The notes beneath the pieces were generated by a model. That model did not search any database, had not been told where the DNA came from, and saw only the letters and a program-made list of their open reading frames with translations. Positions 18,262-28,452 of a stretch of 64,000 nt of DNA are shown in pieces. The stretch lies in contig CAWBMP010000005.1 of the NCBI GenBank assembly GCA_963790025.1, forward strand, positions 64,001 through 128,000, given 5' to 3'. Each line of letters starts with the position of its first letter. The first letter of the stretch is position 1. The stretch is from Nitrospirota bacterium. Its GTDB lineage: Bacteria > Nitrospirota > Thermodesulfovibrionia > Thermodesulfovibrionales > Dissulfurispiraceae. The position numbers and the translations under genes are program-made.

Positions 18262-19915
18262 TGAAATAAGGAGTATTACCCGCCATCGCACAGTGTTGTT
18301 CGTAGACGATGACCCTTACCTGTGCGAGGCGTTCCGAAGGATATTGTCGCTGTATTTCTCACGAGTCCTAATGGCGGCAGACGGAGGGGAGGGCTTTGAT
18401 ATATTCAGCCGGGAGAAGGTTGATCTCGTGATAACCGACCAGATAATGCCGGTCATGAGCGGACTTGAAATGGTCCGGGAAATCCGGAAAAAGGCTTCAG
18501 ATATTCCGGTCATCCTTTTAACAGGCGGCATGGATGCCGGTGTGCTTGCCGACGCCATTAATCAGGGTGTCAATCAGTTCATACCCAAGCCTGTGGAAGT
18601 TAAGAACCTTCTGGCTGCCATTGCGAATTCCCTGCAGAAAGTGATTCTTGAAGAGCAGAAAGATAACGCCCGGAAAATTGACATTATGAAGGAAAAGGAG
18701 AAGCTCCGCAACCTTCAGGAAAAATTGTCTTTCAACAAGCAGCTGGGCGTCATAAGAAACGATCTGTATTATCGCACTATGCGGACATCCGGGACAGCCG
18801 ATGGTAGTGAGGAGTGGTTTATTAATGCCCGTTTCCGGCCTTATGATATCCTGTCGGGAGATTCTTATTCGATACGCCGGATCGACAAGTCTACTATCTT
18901 CGCTTTTATTATAGACGCCATGGGCAAGGGGGTTGAAGCCTCCGGAAGTGCAACACACGCAACGGCCGTAATCAACCACCTCGTCGATCGGGCGAAGGAG
19001 GAAAATTATTTTTCTTTGAAACAGACAGTCAATGATTTCCTAAGCTTTATTGTTCAGGACCTTCTCGCCGACGAGATGATTTCAATGTCTTTCGTATGTC
19101 TGGATTTCTCCAAAAAAATCCTTGAGGCCGCTCTTTTCTCCATGCCGCCGATATATATGCAGACCGTCGACGGAGGATTAATATCGATTGAAAGCAACAA
19201 TATGCCCATCATGAACTTCACCGGGGACTTCAGGATCGACAATCACGAAATACGAGACGTAAACAAGATTTTATTCTCCAGTGACGGTTTGATTGTCAAA
19301 GATTATCTCGATTACATAAGAGCGGACTTCCTGTCTTCGGCGTTCAAGGTGACATTCGATAGGAAGTTTCAGGAAAGGATAAAGGAAGTTACTGATGATA
19401 TCACCTACGTCATGTTGAAGAGGATCGATTCAGGCCCGGAATGGGAAAGGACCTTTACCGCGAACAGTTGCCTTGAAGACATTATGAGAATGTCTCAGGA
19501 AGTGGAAGGTTGCCTGACCGAGAAGGGATTTGAATGGGGGTTTATCATCGAAATGATGAATGCCTTTTCAGAGGTCATAATGAACGCTTATGAGCACGGC
19601 GCGTTGAATGTGGATGCCATGACAAAAAGGAAGCATGTTTTGCATGGAGATTATGAGGAGTATCTCACGGAGAGGGAAAAAAGCTTTCTGAGCCATATAG
19701 ACGTTTCCCTGGCATTTTATAGGGAGATGACGGAATCTTATTTGCTGATGCGGGTATCAGACCAGGGCAGCGGCTTCGACCCTGTGATCATCAGAGAAGT
19801 TTTACGCAACCCTGAATTGGTCCATGGCAAGGGCATCAAGATGGTAAAGCATCTTGTTGATGAAATCCATTTCAATGATAAGGGAAATGACGTTATTCTG
19901 ATCAAGACGGCATGA
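18242..19915 (+). CDS. Response regulator with REC, PP2C/SpoIIE phosphatase and anti-sigma-type Ser kinase (HATPase_c_2) domains
   Basis: REC: VDDD, TDQIMP, FIPKP. PP2C: LSGDSY, IDAMGKG, SSDGL, DDIT. Kinase: SEVIMNAYEHG, DQGSGFD, HGKGIKMV, KGN. Confidence 0.88.
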   Translation: MTMSGFDEIRSITRHRTVLFVDDDPYLCEAFRRILSLYFSRVLMAADGGEGFDIFSREKVDLVITDQIMPVMSGLEMVREIRKKASDIPVILLTGGMDAGVLADAINQGVNQFIPKPVEVKNLLAAIANSLQKVILEEQKDNARKIDIMKEKEKLRNLQEKLSFNKQLGVIRNDLYYRTMRTSGTADGSEEWFINARFRPYDILSGDSYSIRRIDKSTIFAFIIDAMGKGVEASGSATHATAVINHLVDRAKEENYFSLKQTVNDFLSFIVQDLLADEMISMSFVCLDFSKKILEAALFSMPPIYMQTVDGGLISIESNNMPIMNFTGDFRIDNHEIRDVNKILFSSDGLIVKDYLDYIRADFLSSAFKVTFDRKFQERIKEVTDDITYVMLKRIDSGPEWERTFTANSCLEDIMRMSQEVEGCLTEKGFEWGFIIEMMNAFSEVIMNAYEHGALNVDAMTKRKHVLHGDYEEYLTEREKSFLSHIDVSLAFYREMTESYLLMRVSDQGSGFDPVIIREVLRNPELVHGKGIKMVKHLVDEIHFNDKGNDVILIKTA

Positions 19916-19974
19916 ATCGAAATGGGTCACTGTTGTATAATTAAAACATATTCAAATATCGGGAAGGAGAGACT

Positions 19975-20271
19975 ATGGAAGTCAGCATTACAGGCAGTTC
20001 CGAGATTACTATAACAGGAGACATCTTTTCTCTTGATCATTATCTCCAGATCAAAAAGGTAATAATGGACCTTGTGACCAAAAACGGTGCCGGTCCACTG
20101 ACTATGCACATAAAAGATTCCGCCTCTATTACTTCTGCTATCATCGGGCTTTTTTTAAGGCTGATCCATGAAAGGCAGGTAAAGCTGTCGGTGGTTGTAG
20201 GCAACCCAAATCTTTTTGAATTGCTGGATATTCTTAAATTGATAGATATATTTCATGTTGCTGAGTTGTAG
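19975..20271 (+). CDS. STAS-like (anti-anti-sigma) small protein
   Basis: 98 aa. ITITGDI, SASITSAIIGLFL (equivalent of the DSSGLG phospho-Ser helix) and LLDILKLIDIF. Confidence 0.65.
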   Translation: MEVSITGSSEITITGDIFSLDHYLQIKKVIMDLVTKNGAGPLTMHIKDSASITSAIIGLFLRLIHERQVKLSVVVGNPNLFELLDILKLIDIFHVAEL

Positions 20272-20316
20272 CCGCTCATCTGCCTGAAGTTGAATGGGTG
20301 CTATGGGGGAGGGACA

Positions 20317-21915
20317 ATGACCATAAAGAGAATGTTGCTTATAATGAGTGCCGTAAACGCTTTTATGCTCGGCCTGATTCTTCTGATTTTCATCATGCAG
20401 AATTCTGCGGTTAGCAGACGACTTGACCATATGATCAATATGGACCAGAGACTACTTTCCAACATGGAAAACATGTATGCATGGGCGCTGCAGACCGAGA
20501 ACTCTCTGAGAAACGTTCTGATAGACACTAAAGACGATACCGCGAGACAGAACTATAAAAATGCAGACGCGGAATTCAGCCGGTTGCTTACTGACTCTGC
20601 AGGCCTCCTGGCAGGCGGGCGCGCTGATTCACTAAAACAGATAGAGCGACTTTGGGGAGAGCAGGAAAAAACCAAAGACGATATTATGACCCTCGCGTCG
20701 GCTGGAAAAAAGGAAGAGGCGGTGCTGAAACTTTCCAAGGAAGAAACGGTGAAATGGCGGGAGTTCAAAAACCTCCTTTTCCCACTGATTAAAGAGCAGC
20801 GTGAGAAATTCAAGTATGCCATCATCCAGAACAATACCCAGACGCGAGAAAATATGATAATCATGATAGCCGCCATCGTGATTTTCTTTTTGTTGTCCTT
20901 GTTCTTTCTGTATGCAACCAGGAAAAAGGTGATTAAACCATTGCACATCCTTACGGACAAGATGGAGCGATTGGCGCTCGGTGATTTGAGAGAGACCGAT
21001 TCAGTCTGCAGCGATGACGAGATGGGTATAATCTGCAGAAGCAGCAATGCAACGGTCGTATCGCTGAGAAAGATGATTGACAAAATAGCAACCGCCAGCA
21101 GGAATGTTGCGTCCGCTGTCGATGTGATAGGGAAGAAGTCGGACGATACCCTTGAGGGTTCCAAGCTGCAGTTTGTTCAGACGGCGATGATATCGGAATC
21201 TACCGATAAAATGATAAAAACCATGGTCAATATAAGCCAGAACTCAAAGTTAGCGACCGCGAGTTCAGCCGAAGCAATAGACGTCGCCGAAAAAGGGAAA
21301 ACAGTATCGGATAGCGCCGTGGAGATGGTCAACACGGTCCATTCGACGACTTCGCAATTGTCGTCGGCTGTAGAACAGCTCGGCGTGCGTGTCCGAGAAA
21401 TAGGGGCCGTTGCCTTAGTTATAAAGGAAATTGCCGATCAGACAAATCTTCTCGCCCTGAATGCGGCGATTGAAGCTGCCAGGGCCGGCGAGCAAGGCAG
21501 AGGATTTGCGGTGGTTGCAGACGAAGTCAGGAAACTGGCTGAAAAGACTATAAGAGCAACTTCCGAAATAGATGAAAAAATTAGCGCCGTCCAATCAGAG
21601 ACTGAAGTTACTACCAGCTCCATGGCTGTGGCATCCAAGCAGGTTTCTGAGGCAACAGAACTCATAACCGAAGTCGGTAGTATACTTGATCATATAGTCG
21701 AGACAGCAAGGAAAGAGAACAGGCAGGTAGAGATCATCGCAGGTGCAGTTGGAGAACATTCTGACAGTTCACTCGATATTACGGTCAATATCGAAAAAAC
21801 ACTGTCCGTTTCAAAGGACATGGAAAACATGGCCGAAGTACTTAAGATCGAAATAAACCGACTGTCCGGTTTGTCTGAGGAACTCAAACTGTCTATAAAG
21901 GATTTCAGGCTTTAG
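20317..21915 (+). CDS. Methyl-accepting chemotaxis protein (4-helix-bundle sensor, HAMP, MA)
   Basis: Two TM segments and the [37 protein letters not shown] hairpin. Confidence 0.95.
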   Translation: MTIKRMLLIMSAVNAFMLGLILLIFIMQNSAVSRRLDHMINMDQRLLSNMENMYAWALQTENSLRNVLIDTKDDTARQNYKNADAEFSRLLTDSAGLLAGGRADSLKQIERLWGEQEKTKDDIMTLASAGKKEEAVLKLSKEETVKWREFKNLLFPLIKEQREKFKYAIIQNNTQTRENMIIMIAAIVIFFLLSLFFLYATRKKVIKPLHILTDKMERLALGDLRETDSVCSDDEMGIICRSSNATVVSLRKMIDKIATASRNVASAVDVIGKKSDDTLEGSKLQFVQTAMISESTDKMIKTMVNISQNSKLATASSAEAIDVAEKGKTVSDSAVEMVNTVHSTTSQLSSAVEQLGVRVREIGAVALVIKEIADQTNLLALNAAIEAARAGEQGRGFAVVADEVRKLAEKTIRATSEIDEKISAVQSETEVTTSSMAVASKQVSEATELITEVGSILDHIVETARKENRQVEIIAGAVGEHSDSSLDITVNIEKTLSVSKDMENMAEVLKIEINRLSGLSEELKLSIKDFRL

Positions 21916-21951
21916 GGGTACACAGGCGCGTTGATTCGTCAGGTGTCACGG

Positions 21952-22278
21952 TCATTCAGAGAGATATTCTATAAAGCGGAAGGTCTCAAGATCAGGCAAC
22001 ATTGTTTTTCTTTTTTCCAGTCGCTCTTTGTACATCCTTATCGTCTCTTCAATTCCCTTTGTGCCTTCCACGAGTAGGACTCTCACGTATCCCTCGCCTC
22101 TCTCAGTCACGATGCTTTTCATGCGTTCTCTCAGTGTCAGAAAGTAACAATAATAGAAAAGGTCTTCCCCGGCCGGATATCCCCTCTGTTCGACCACCTG
22201 TTTGGCCTTCCTGAGAAAGAAGACCCTTTCAGAGGGTATAAACTCACTCAGGAACTTTTCTTTCAGCACCTCTTTCAT
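21952..22278 (-). CDS. Hypothetical protein (108 aa, helical)
   Basis: Fills the gap 6 nt downstream of the co-oriented membrane protein gene. No family recognised. Confidence 0.6.
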   Translation of the reverse strand: MKEVLKEKFLSEFIPSERVFFLRKAKQVVEQRGYPAGEDLFYYCYFLTLRERMKSIVTERGEGYVRVLLVEGTKGIEETIRMYKERLEKRKTMLPDLETFRFIEYLSE

Positions 22279-22284
22279 CTATTG

Positions 22285-23004
22285 TTATTTCCCGGACACG
22301 CTTGTGCCCTCCCGAGTGTTTCTCATCCATAGCGATAGTATGCTTCCTATCATTGCAAACTCTCCAAGAGTGAAGAGTCCCCACCTATATGATAATGGAA
22401 CGTATTGTGAGATGGCTGCCGGCACTTGCAGGTTTTCAGCAGAATTCATAATTCCTCCTGATAACCCTCTCCCCGGAAGCAGTGTCGAGTAGTCAGCGAT
22501 AAACGTAAAAATAATCGTAAGACAGCCTGCAGCAAAAAGTGCGCATTCTGTTCCTCTAATAATAACGTCTCTTTTTTTCTGAACTATCAGAATAGCTAAG
22601 GAAATGGCTATCAGTGTGACTGCGCATATCATCGGTGCTAAAACAGGCGCCACCCATACAACCGGGATCAAAAACAAAACGTCCCACGTGAAAAACGACG
22701 ATGGCCAATCAAGCAGCAGCTTCAACCATAGATAATAAAACAAGTCCCACATGCCAAAACTGAACAGGAATACGGCAACTTTTTCTGTTCGGCAACTCCC
22801 CGCAATAGCTGCGATTGACGCAAGCATCATGATAGTAGCAATTTCGCGAATGCATTCAATCCATAGGGACTGTAGAATGGCAGTCGCCAGGGGGAAATGA
22901 AAGCCGGAGGGATAGTACAGCTGCCGCAGATATACTACCACTGCGGCCTCCACAAATCCCATGGCAGCTGCATAGACCGTAAAAAAAAAGAGGCGTTTAT
23001 ACAT
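22285..23004 (-). CDS. Conserved hypothetical integral membrane protein
   Basis: Multiple TM helices; AMGFVEAAVVVYLR, REIATIMML, WDLFYYLWL and DVLFLIPVVWVAPV. Confidence 0.8.
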   Translation of the reverse strand: MYKRLFFFTVYAAAMGFVEAAVVVYLRQLYYPSGFHFPLATAILQSLWIECIREIATIMMLASIAAIAGSCRTEKVAVFLFSFGMWDLFYYLWLKLLLDWPSSFFTWDVLFLIPVVWVAPVLAPMICAVTLIAISLAILIVQKKRDVIIRGTECALFAAGCLTIIFTFIADYSTLLPGRGLSGGIMNSAENLQVPAAISQYVPLSYRWGLFTLGEFAMIGSILSLWMRNTREGTSVSGK

Positions 23005-23034
23005 GGGACCCGCCCTTTTCCTGCCACTGTGCGG

Positions 23035-23910
23035 TCATACGCGGAGGTACTTGTTCATCCAAGCCACGCAACGGGCCCAGGCATCTCTGGCTGCATCCGG
23101 CCTGTAACTGGGCCGATAATCAGCAAAGAACGCGTGCGGAGCCCCTGGGTACAACACAAATTCTGCCGTCTTGCCGGCTGTCTTGAGGACGGTCTCCATC
23201 TCTTTTACGTCGGATGCCGGAATACCTAAATCCGCTTCGCCATAAAGTCCCAGGACAGGCGCATTTATCTTGGGAGCAACGTCCAGGGGCCCGACAGTGC
23301 GTATGCCGGGTTTTTTGTCAGGCCTGAGCTGTCCATACCAGGCCACAGCTGCTTTCACCTCGCGGTTATGTGCCGCGTAAAGAAGAGTATACATGCCACC
23401 CCGGCAGAATCCTGTGGCACCGAGCCGGTCGGCGCGCCCGCTAGGATGTTGCCTGGCGTACGCCACTATTGAGTCTAAATCTCCCATGACCCTTGCATCG
23501 GGAACCGAGTCGGCCACCTTTCGCACGGATGGTATATCAGGGAGATGCAAGACGCCCCCCTCACGCGCATAAGGTTCAAAGGTGATACTCAGAAAACCTT
23601 CTTTGGCAAATCGCCGCGTAACATCTTTGATGTGTTCGTGCATTCCAAAAATTTCAGGTATTACCAGCAGGACAGGGTATTTTCCGGTATTTGAGGGGTA
23701 AGCCTCGTAGATTGGGACCTGGAAATCTCCGGAGAGCACCTTACTATCAGCTACATTAATACCGATAGCAGAGGTGGTAATGACCTCGCCGGCAACCGAA
23801 CTGGAAGCCGCTGCGAAGCCCGAGAGGCCGACACCTGCAGCACTTATCCCGGCAAGAAACTGGCGCCGGGACATCCCCTCATATGCGTTTGATAACCAGT
23901 CTTCAACCAT
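23035..23910 (-). CDS. Dienelactone hydrolase family protein with a Tat signal
   Basis: SRRQFL; EIFGMHEHIKDV; catalytic GFCRGG; YPGAPHAFFADYRPSY. Confidence 0.92.
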   Translation of the reverse strand: MVEDWLSNAYEGMSRRQFLAGISAAGVGLSGFAAASSSVAGEVITTSAIGINVADSKVLSGDFQVPIYEAYPSNTGKYPVLLVIPEIFGMHEHIKDVTRRFAKEGFLSITFEPYAREGGVLHLPDIPSVRKVADSVPDARVMGDLDSIVAYARQHPSGRADRLGATGFCRGGMYTLLYAAHNREVKAAVAWYGQLRPDKKPGIRTVGPLDVAPKINAPVLGLYGEADLGIPASDVKEMETVLKTAGKTAEFVLYPGAPHAFFADYRPSYRPDAARDAWARCVAWMNKYLRV

Positions 23911-24064
23911 ACACACTCCTTATCTTCGATTTATAATGACAGGATTATCCTCTCAATAACTTAATTATATCAAGAAGTGGTTCAGTTGCATTTTTATTTT
24001 TGAGGGTATAACGCACAACAGGCTATAGTGCACCTGCCGGAATGCATTAATGTATGCGTGAAAG

Positions 24065-24442
24065 TTATTTATGGGAAGACTTTTCGCTTGTTTCTTTTGC
24101 GTCTTTAGCGTTTTGTATGAGCGTCAGCGCCGCTTTGCAGTAACACGTGCCTTCCGGAAGCTTGCAGTTACCGGCTTTTTTTTGCCTGACAGGCTCCTCG
24201 GGCTGTTCGATAAGCGCCATTTTATCGCATACATCGTCAAAAAGGAATGCAAACTCCTCAGGTAATTTTCTTTTTTCAGATGCGTGGGCGCTCTCAAATT
24301 CTATGAAGCCGTCGATGATCGCCTGGGCAGTCTTTGCGAAAGCTGCACAGGTGCGGCAGAGCGGATCGTTTTCCTGGTTTACCATTGTTCCGACCGCAAA
24401 ATGAAATCCCCTCAATTGATTGATGGTCCGTTCATTGTTCAT
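24065..24442 (-). CDS. Hypothetical Cys-motif protein
   Basis: AGGAGG RBS. CRTC near the N-terminus and GNCKLPEGTCYC near the C-terminus. Confidence 0.7.
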   Translation of the reverse strand: MNNERTINQLRGFHFAVGTMVNQENDPLCRTCAAFAKTAQAIIDGFIEFESAHASEKRKLPEEFAFLFDDVCDKMALIEQPEEPVRQKKAGNCKLPEGTCYCKAALTLIQNAKDAKETSEKSSHK

Positions 24443-24601
24443 TGCCGACTCCTCCTTTCATGCAGTCAGTAGAAAGTTGTAAAGTTTCTAAAGGACAACG
24501 CTCTCAGTTTTTTTACCTGTATGTTTTTCTGATGTAAGCTTGTTTTATTATACAAAAATCGACCGATAAAATCATGCAGGCAAATTGTGATATAATTATC
24601 T

Positions 24602-25348
24602 ATGCAACCGCTGAATACTGCTGAGCTTAGCCCTCTTGTTGCGGAAAGAATCGGCCCTTTTTTCGGGGAAGTGCAGAGGGGCTATCCTGATGGAATCCAT
24701 TCGCTGCATATTGTGGGCAGCGCGGTTACCCCTGATTTCAGGGAAAAAGGCTCGGTTATCCATTCCGTTATTCTTCTCCATGCGATTGACTTTGGTTTTA
24801 TCCAGTTCATTTCGGCCCTCGGGAAAAATTATGGGAAGAAAGGGATTGCAGCACCCCTTATCATGACTCCGCATTATATCCGGGATTCTCTCGATGTCTT
24901 CCCCATAGAATTCCATGACTTTCAGCTTATCCATAAGACTGTCGCAGGAGAGGACATATTCAGGGATCTTGTAATCGGCAAGAACTTTCTGAAACTTCAG
25001 TGTGAGCGCGAAGTAAAAGTCAGACTTATCGGAATACGCCAGAGCTATGTCACCTCTCTCGGCGACAAGGCGCGTCTTGCGGAAATTCTTTCGCATTCTG
25101 TTATAGGCTGTATGCCGCTCATCAGGGCTGTTCTTTTTCTGCTTGATAAGGAGCAGCCGGTTAAAAGGCATGAGGCCATCAGGGAGTTTCAGGCCCTGAC
25201 TTCGATAGATGCCGGCATTTTTGAGCGGCTCCTTCAGTTGCGGGCCGGGCTTATAAAACCTTCAAAGGAAGAACTCCACAATATTTTCGAGCGTTATCAT
25301 ACGGTGCTGGAAAATGTGGACGCTTTTATCGATGCGATCAGGGTTTAA
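24602..25348 (+). CDS. Nucleotidyltransferase-fold-like protein associated with LemA/TPM
   Basis: IVGSAVTPDF (GS motif) and SLDVFPIEFHD; adjacent to the TPM and LemA genes. Confidence 0.7.
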   Translation: MQPLNTAELSPLVAERIGPFFGEVQRGYPDGIHSLHIVGSAVTPDFREKGSVIHSVILLHAIDFGFIQFISALGKNYGKKGIAAPLIMTPHYIRDSLDVFPIEFHDFQLIHKTVAGEDIFRDLVIGKNFLKLQCEREVKVRLIGIRQSYVTSLGDKARLAEILSHSVIGCMPLIRAVLFLLDKEQPVKRHEAIREFQALTSIDAGIFERLLQLRAGLIKPSKEELHNIFERYHTVLENVDAFIDAIRV

Positions 25349-26120
25349 CGCAGGCGTCCGGATCATCTTTATTTTTGTCTGTTCAGCGCTCGTTATTGTT
25401 GCGGGCCCGCTGCATTCTCTTGCCTCGGTCCCCGAGGTCCCGGCCTCTCCTTCCCAATATGTTGAAGATTTGGCCGGCATTATTGACAGTGCGACCAAAG
25501 AGCGTCTGAACGCTTCCCTGCGGGAACTCGAAGAAAAAACTACCGTCCAGATGGTTGTCCTCACTATTCAGAGCCTTAACGGAGACAATATCGATGAGTT
25601 TTCTATCAGGACAGTCGAGAAATGGAAGCTGGGGCAGAAGGGAAAAGACAACGGAGTACTGATGACCGTTTCGCTGCAGGACAGGAAATACCGCATCGAG
25701 ATAGGATACGGTCTGGAACGGGTGCTGCCCGACAGCCTGACTGGATCGATCGGGAGGGCGTATCTGGTCCCCAATTTCAAAAGGGGCGATTACAGTAAAG
25801 GCATCTCTGACACTGTTTTTGCAATAACGCATACTATTGCTGCTGCTGAAGGGGTAACGCTGGCCGGTTCGCCCGCCCCCCAGGTAAATTACGGAAGGAA
25901 GCTGCATACTTTCAGTCCGGTTCATGGATTGTTAATGCTGTTTTTTTTAATTGCGGCTGTAATACTTTTTATCAGGCATCCGGTGCTGTTCACACTGTTA
26001 TTTTTGTCTTCGGGCAGGGGGGGCTGGTCAGGAGGCGGTGGCGGCAGCGGTGGTTTCGGAGGATTCGGCGGAGGCGGCGGTGGAGGATTCGGCGGAGGCG
26101 GCGCGTCTGGCGATTGGTAA
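25332..26120 (+). CDS. TPM domain protein (YgcG family) with Gly-rich tail
   Basis: YVEDLAGII, WKLGQKGKDNGVL, RIEIGYGLE and a GGGGFGGGGASGDW end. The start is uncertain (ORF open from 25314). Confidence 0.9.
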   Translation: MRSGFNAGVRIIFIFVCSALVIVAGPLHSLASVPEVPASPSQYVEDLAGIIDSATKERLNASLRELEEKTTVQMVVLTIQSLNGDNIDEFSIRTVEKWKLGQKGKDNGVLMTVSLQDRKYRIEIGYGLERVLPDSLTGSIGRAYLVPNFKRGDYSKGISDTVFAITHTIAAAEGVTLAGSPAPQVNYGRKLHTFSPVHGLLMLFFLIAAVILFIRHPVLFTLLFLSSGRGGWSGGGGGSGGFGGFGGGGGGGFGGGGASGDW

Positions 26121-26188
26121 AAACAGAACCGCAGTTTAATTTTTTATCAGTGTCTCTGTGGTTAATTTTATAAAGAAAGGGAGCAATA

Positions 26189-26764
26189 ATGAATAACACA
26201 TTAAAAGCGGTACTCATCGTAGTTGGTTTCATTGTACTGATTGCAGTGGTGGCAGGCGGATGGGTTGTCGGACAATATAACCATGTTATTTCCATGGACG
26301 AGCAGGTGAAGGCTCAGTGGGCCCAGGTCGACAACCAGTTGAAACGGAGATATGACCTTATCCCGAACCTGGTTGAAACGGTCAAAGGTTTTGCCACTCA
26401 TGAGCGTGAGATATTCGAAAATATCGCGCAGGCGAGGACACAGTATTTTCAGGCCAAGACCCCGGCAGATAAGATCCAGGCCTCTCAGCAGCTCGAGGGT
26501 GTGCTGTCCAGGCTTCTTGTGCTCAGGGAGACCTATCCTCAGCTGAAGGCCAATGAAAATTTTCTGAAATTGCAGGACACCCTTGAAGGTACGGAAAACC
26601 GGATCTCGGTGGAAAGAAAACGCTATAATGAAGCAGTGCAGGCTTTAAACAGTTACAGGAGGAGCTTTGCGGGGAGGTTCGTTGCGGCTATAGCCGGAGT
26701 CGGCGAGGCAAAATATTTCGAGACCCCGGTTGCAGAGCGTGAGACTCCGAAAGTAAAATTCTGA
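26189..26764 (+). CDS. lemA: LemA family protein
   Basis: WAQVDNQLKRRYDLIPNLVETVKG, YPQLKANENF and LEGTENRI. Confidence 0.95.
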   Translation: MNNTLKAVLIVVGFIVLIAVVAGGWVVGQYNHVISMDEQVKAQWAQVDNQLKRRYDLIPNLVETVKGFATHEREIFENIAQARTQYFQAKTPADKIQASQQLEGVLSRLLVLRETYPQLKANENFLKLQDTLEGTENRISVERKRYNEAVQALNSYRRSFAGRFVAAIAGVGEAKYFETPVAERETPKVKF

Positions 26765-26779
26765 GAAAGAGATAATACT

Positions 26780-27247
26780 ATGAATATCGAGTTCGTGGAT
26801 CCTTTTGTAGCCAGCACAGTCAAAGTATTGGCCACTATGGCCAACACGCAGGCTACACCCGGCAAACCTTTTGTGAAAAGTGACAAAAGCGCAAAAGGTG
26901 ATGTGACCGGCATTGTTGGATTGACAGGCAATAAGGCCAAAGTAAGTTTGGCAATAACCTTTACTGAAGCGGCCATATTGCATATATACGCTGAAATGCT
27001 TGGTGAACATGTCAAAGAAGTTAACGATTCAGTGATAGATTGTGTCGGCGAGATTACGAATATGCTGACCGGGGGCGCCAAGGCAATACTGGCACAAAAA
27101 GGGCATAAATTCGAACTGGCCATCCCTTCCATGATATCGGGCAGGAACCATACGGTATCCCATCACACAACCGGACAAGTGATATGCGTACCGCTCGATA
27201 CACCGGCCGGCAGTTTTTCTATAGAGGTCTGTTATGAAGAAATTTAA
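26780..27247 (+). CDS. cheX: Chemotaxis phosphatase CheX family
   Basis: MNIEFVDPF, GDVTGIVGLTG and GEITNMLTG (E-xx-N motif). Confidence 0.9.
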   Translation: MNIEFVDPFVASTVKVLATMANTQATPGKPFVKSDKSAKGDVTGIVGLTGNKAKVSLAITFTEAAILHIYAEMLGEHVKEVNDSVIDCVGEITNMLTGGAKAILAQKGHKFELAIPSMISGRNHTVSHHTTGQVICVPLDTPAGSFSIEVCYEEI

Positions 27248-27265
27248 TATGTAAATTTCCCATGT

Positions 27266-28246
27266 TCAGGCCTTGCCGGCCGAGCCGAGAACATTCGTAT
27301 TCTTGGCGATGATGAGCTTTTTCAACTCTTCCCTGGCTATCCCCAAATACTTGCGCGGATCGAATTCCGAGGGGCTTTCAGACAAGACTTTCCGGATCAT
27401 GGCAGTCATTACGAGACGGCCGTCGCTGTCGATATTGATCTTGCACACTGCCGACTTGGCGGCCCGCCGCAGCTGGTCTTCCGGAACGCCGACCGCGTTG
27501 TCCATTTTGCCCCCGAATTTGTTGATCATTGCGACGTAATCCTGTATGACTGACGAGGCCCCGTGTAAGACTATCGGGAAGCCGGGAAGCCGTTTTTCAA
27601 CTTCTTCGAGAATATCAAAGCGAAGCGGCGGACACGACTCGTTCTCTTTTAATTTGAACTTGTAAGCGCCATGAGAGGTGCCGATCGAGATTGCCAGTGA
27701 ATCAACACCGCTTTTTTTCACAAATTCTTCGACCTCATCGGGGTCCGTGTAGTGGGAATGTGCCGCCTGGACGTCATCTTCAATCCCGGCCAATACCCCG
27801 AGTTCTCCCTCAACTGTCACGCCGTACCGGCGGGCGTGTTCCACCACCTGGCGCGTCAATTCTACATTCTTCGCAAAGGAAAGGTGGGAACCGTCAATCA
27901 TGACCGAGGAAAACCCGTAGCTTATACATGATTTGCACAATTCAAAGGAATCACCGTGGTCCAGGTGCAGGGCAACAGGGATGTTGCTGTTGAGGTCTTT
28001 GCGGCACATCTCAACAGCGCCCTGGGCCATGTAGCGAAGTAATGTTTGATTGGCGTATTTTCTGGCGCCGTTTGATACCTGCAGGATGACCGGCGAATTG
28101 CTTTCGGCGCACCCCCCTATAATTGCCTGCAGCTGTTCCATATTGTTGAAATTGTATGCCGGGACAGCATACCGGCCTGCCATCGCCTTCGCAAACATCT
28201 CCCGTGTGTTTACCAGACCCAATTCTTCATATAATTGTTTTGCCAT
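27266..28246 (-). CDS. fba: Class II fructose-bisphosphate aldolase
   Basis: ALHLDHG, SVMIDGS, VEGELG, SIGTSHGAYK, VLHGAS and KINIDSD. Confidence 0.96.
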   Translation of the reverse strand: MAKQLYEELGLVNTREMFAKAMAGRYAVPAYNFNNMEQLQAIIGGCAESNSPVILQVSNGARKYANQTLLRYMAQGAVEMCRKDLNSNIPVALHLDHGDSFELCKSCISYGFSSVMIDGSHLSFAKNVELTRQVVEHARRYGVTVEGELGVLAGIEDDVQAAHSHYTDPDEVEEFVKKSGVDSLAISIGTSHGAYKFKLKENESCPPLRFDILEEVEKRLPGFPIVLHGASSVIQDYVAMINKFGGKMDNAVGVPEDQLRRAAKSAVCKINIDSDGRLVMTAMIRKVLSESPSEFDPRKYLGIAREELKKLIIAKNTNVLGSAGKA

Positions 28247-28356
28247 GATCAATTTTCCCCCATGTGGAATTTTGCGCCGCTAAAAAATCACACTTCTCAT
28301 CACCCCTGATTTCATTACAGGTTATTATAAAGTATGGTTATTGCTTTGAATCACTA

Positions 28357-28390
28357 AAGCACGGTCAGATGATCGCGACTGACCGTGCTT
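28357..28390 (-). terminator. Probable intrinsic terminator downstream of cstA
   Basis: Perfect 12-bp stem AAGCACGGTCAG / CTGACCGTGCTT with a 10-nt loop. Confidence 0.6.
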
Positions 28391-28452
28391 ATTGATTGTG
28401 TGATGGGGCCCTATTCTATTTCAAACTTTTGCATTTGATGCCGTGGCAGCGG

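Noticed and set aside
26010..26117. GGC/GGA-rich tandem repeat
   Set aside because: It encodes the normal Gly-rich tail of TPM/YgcG proteins.
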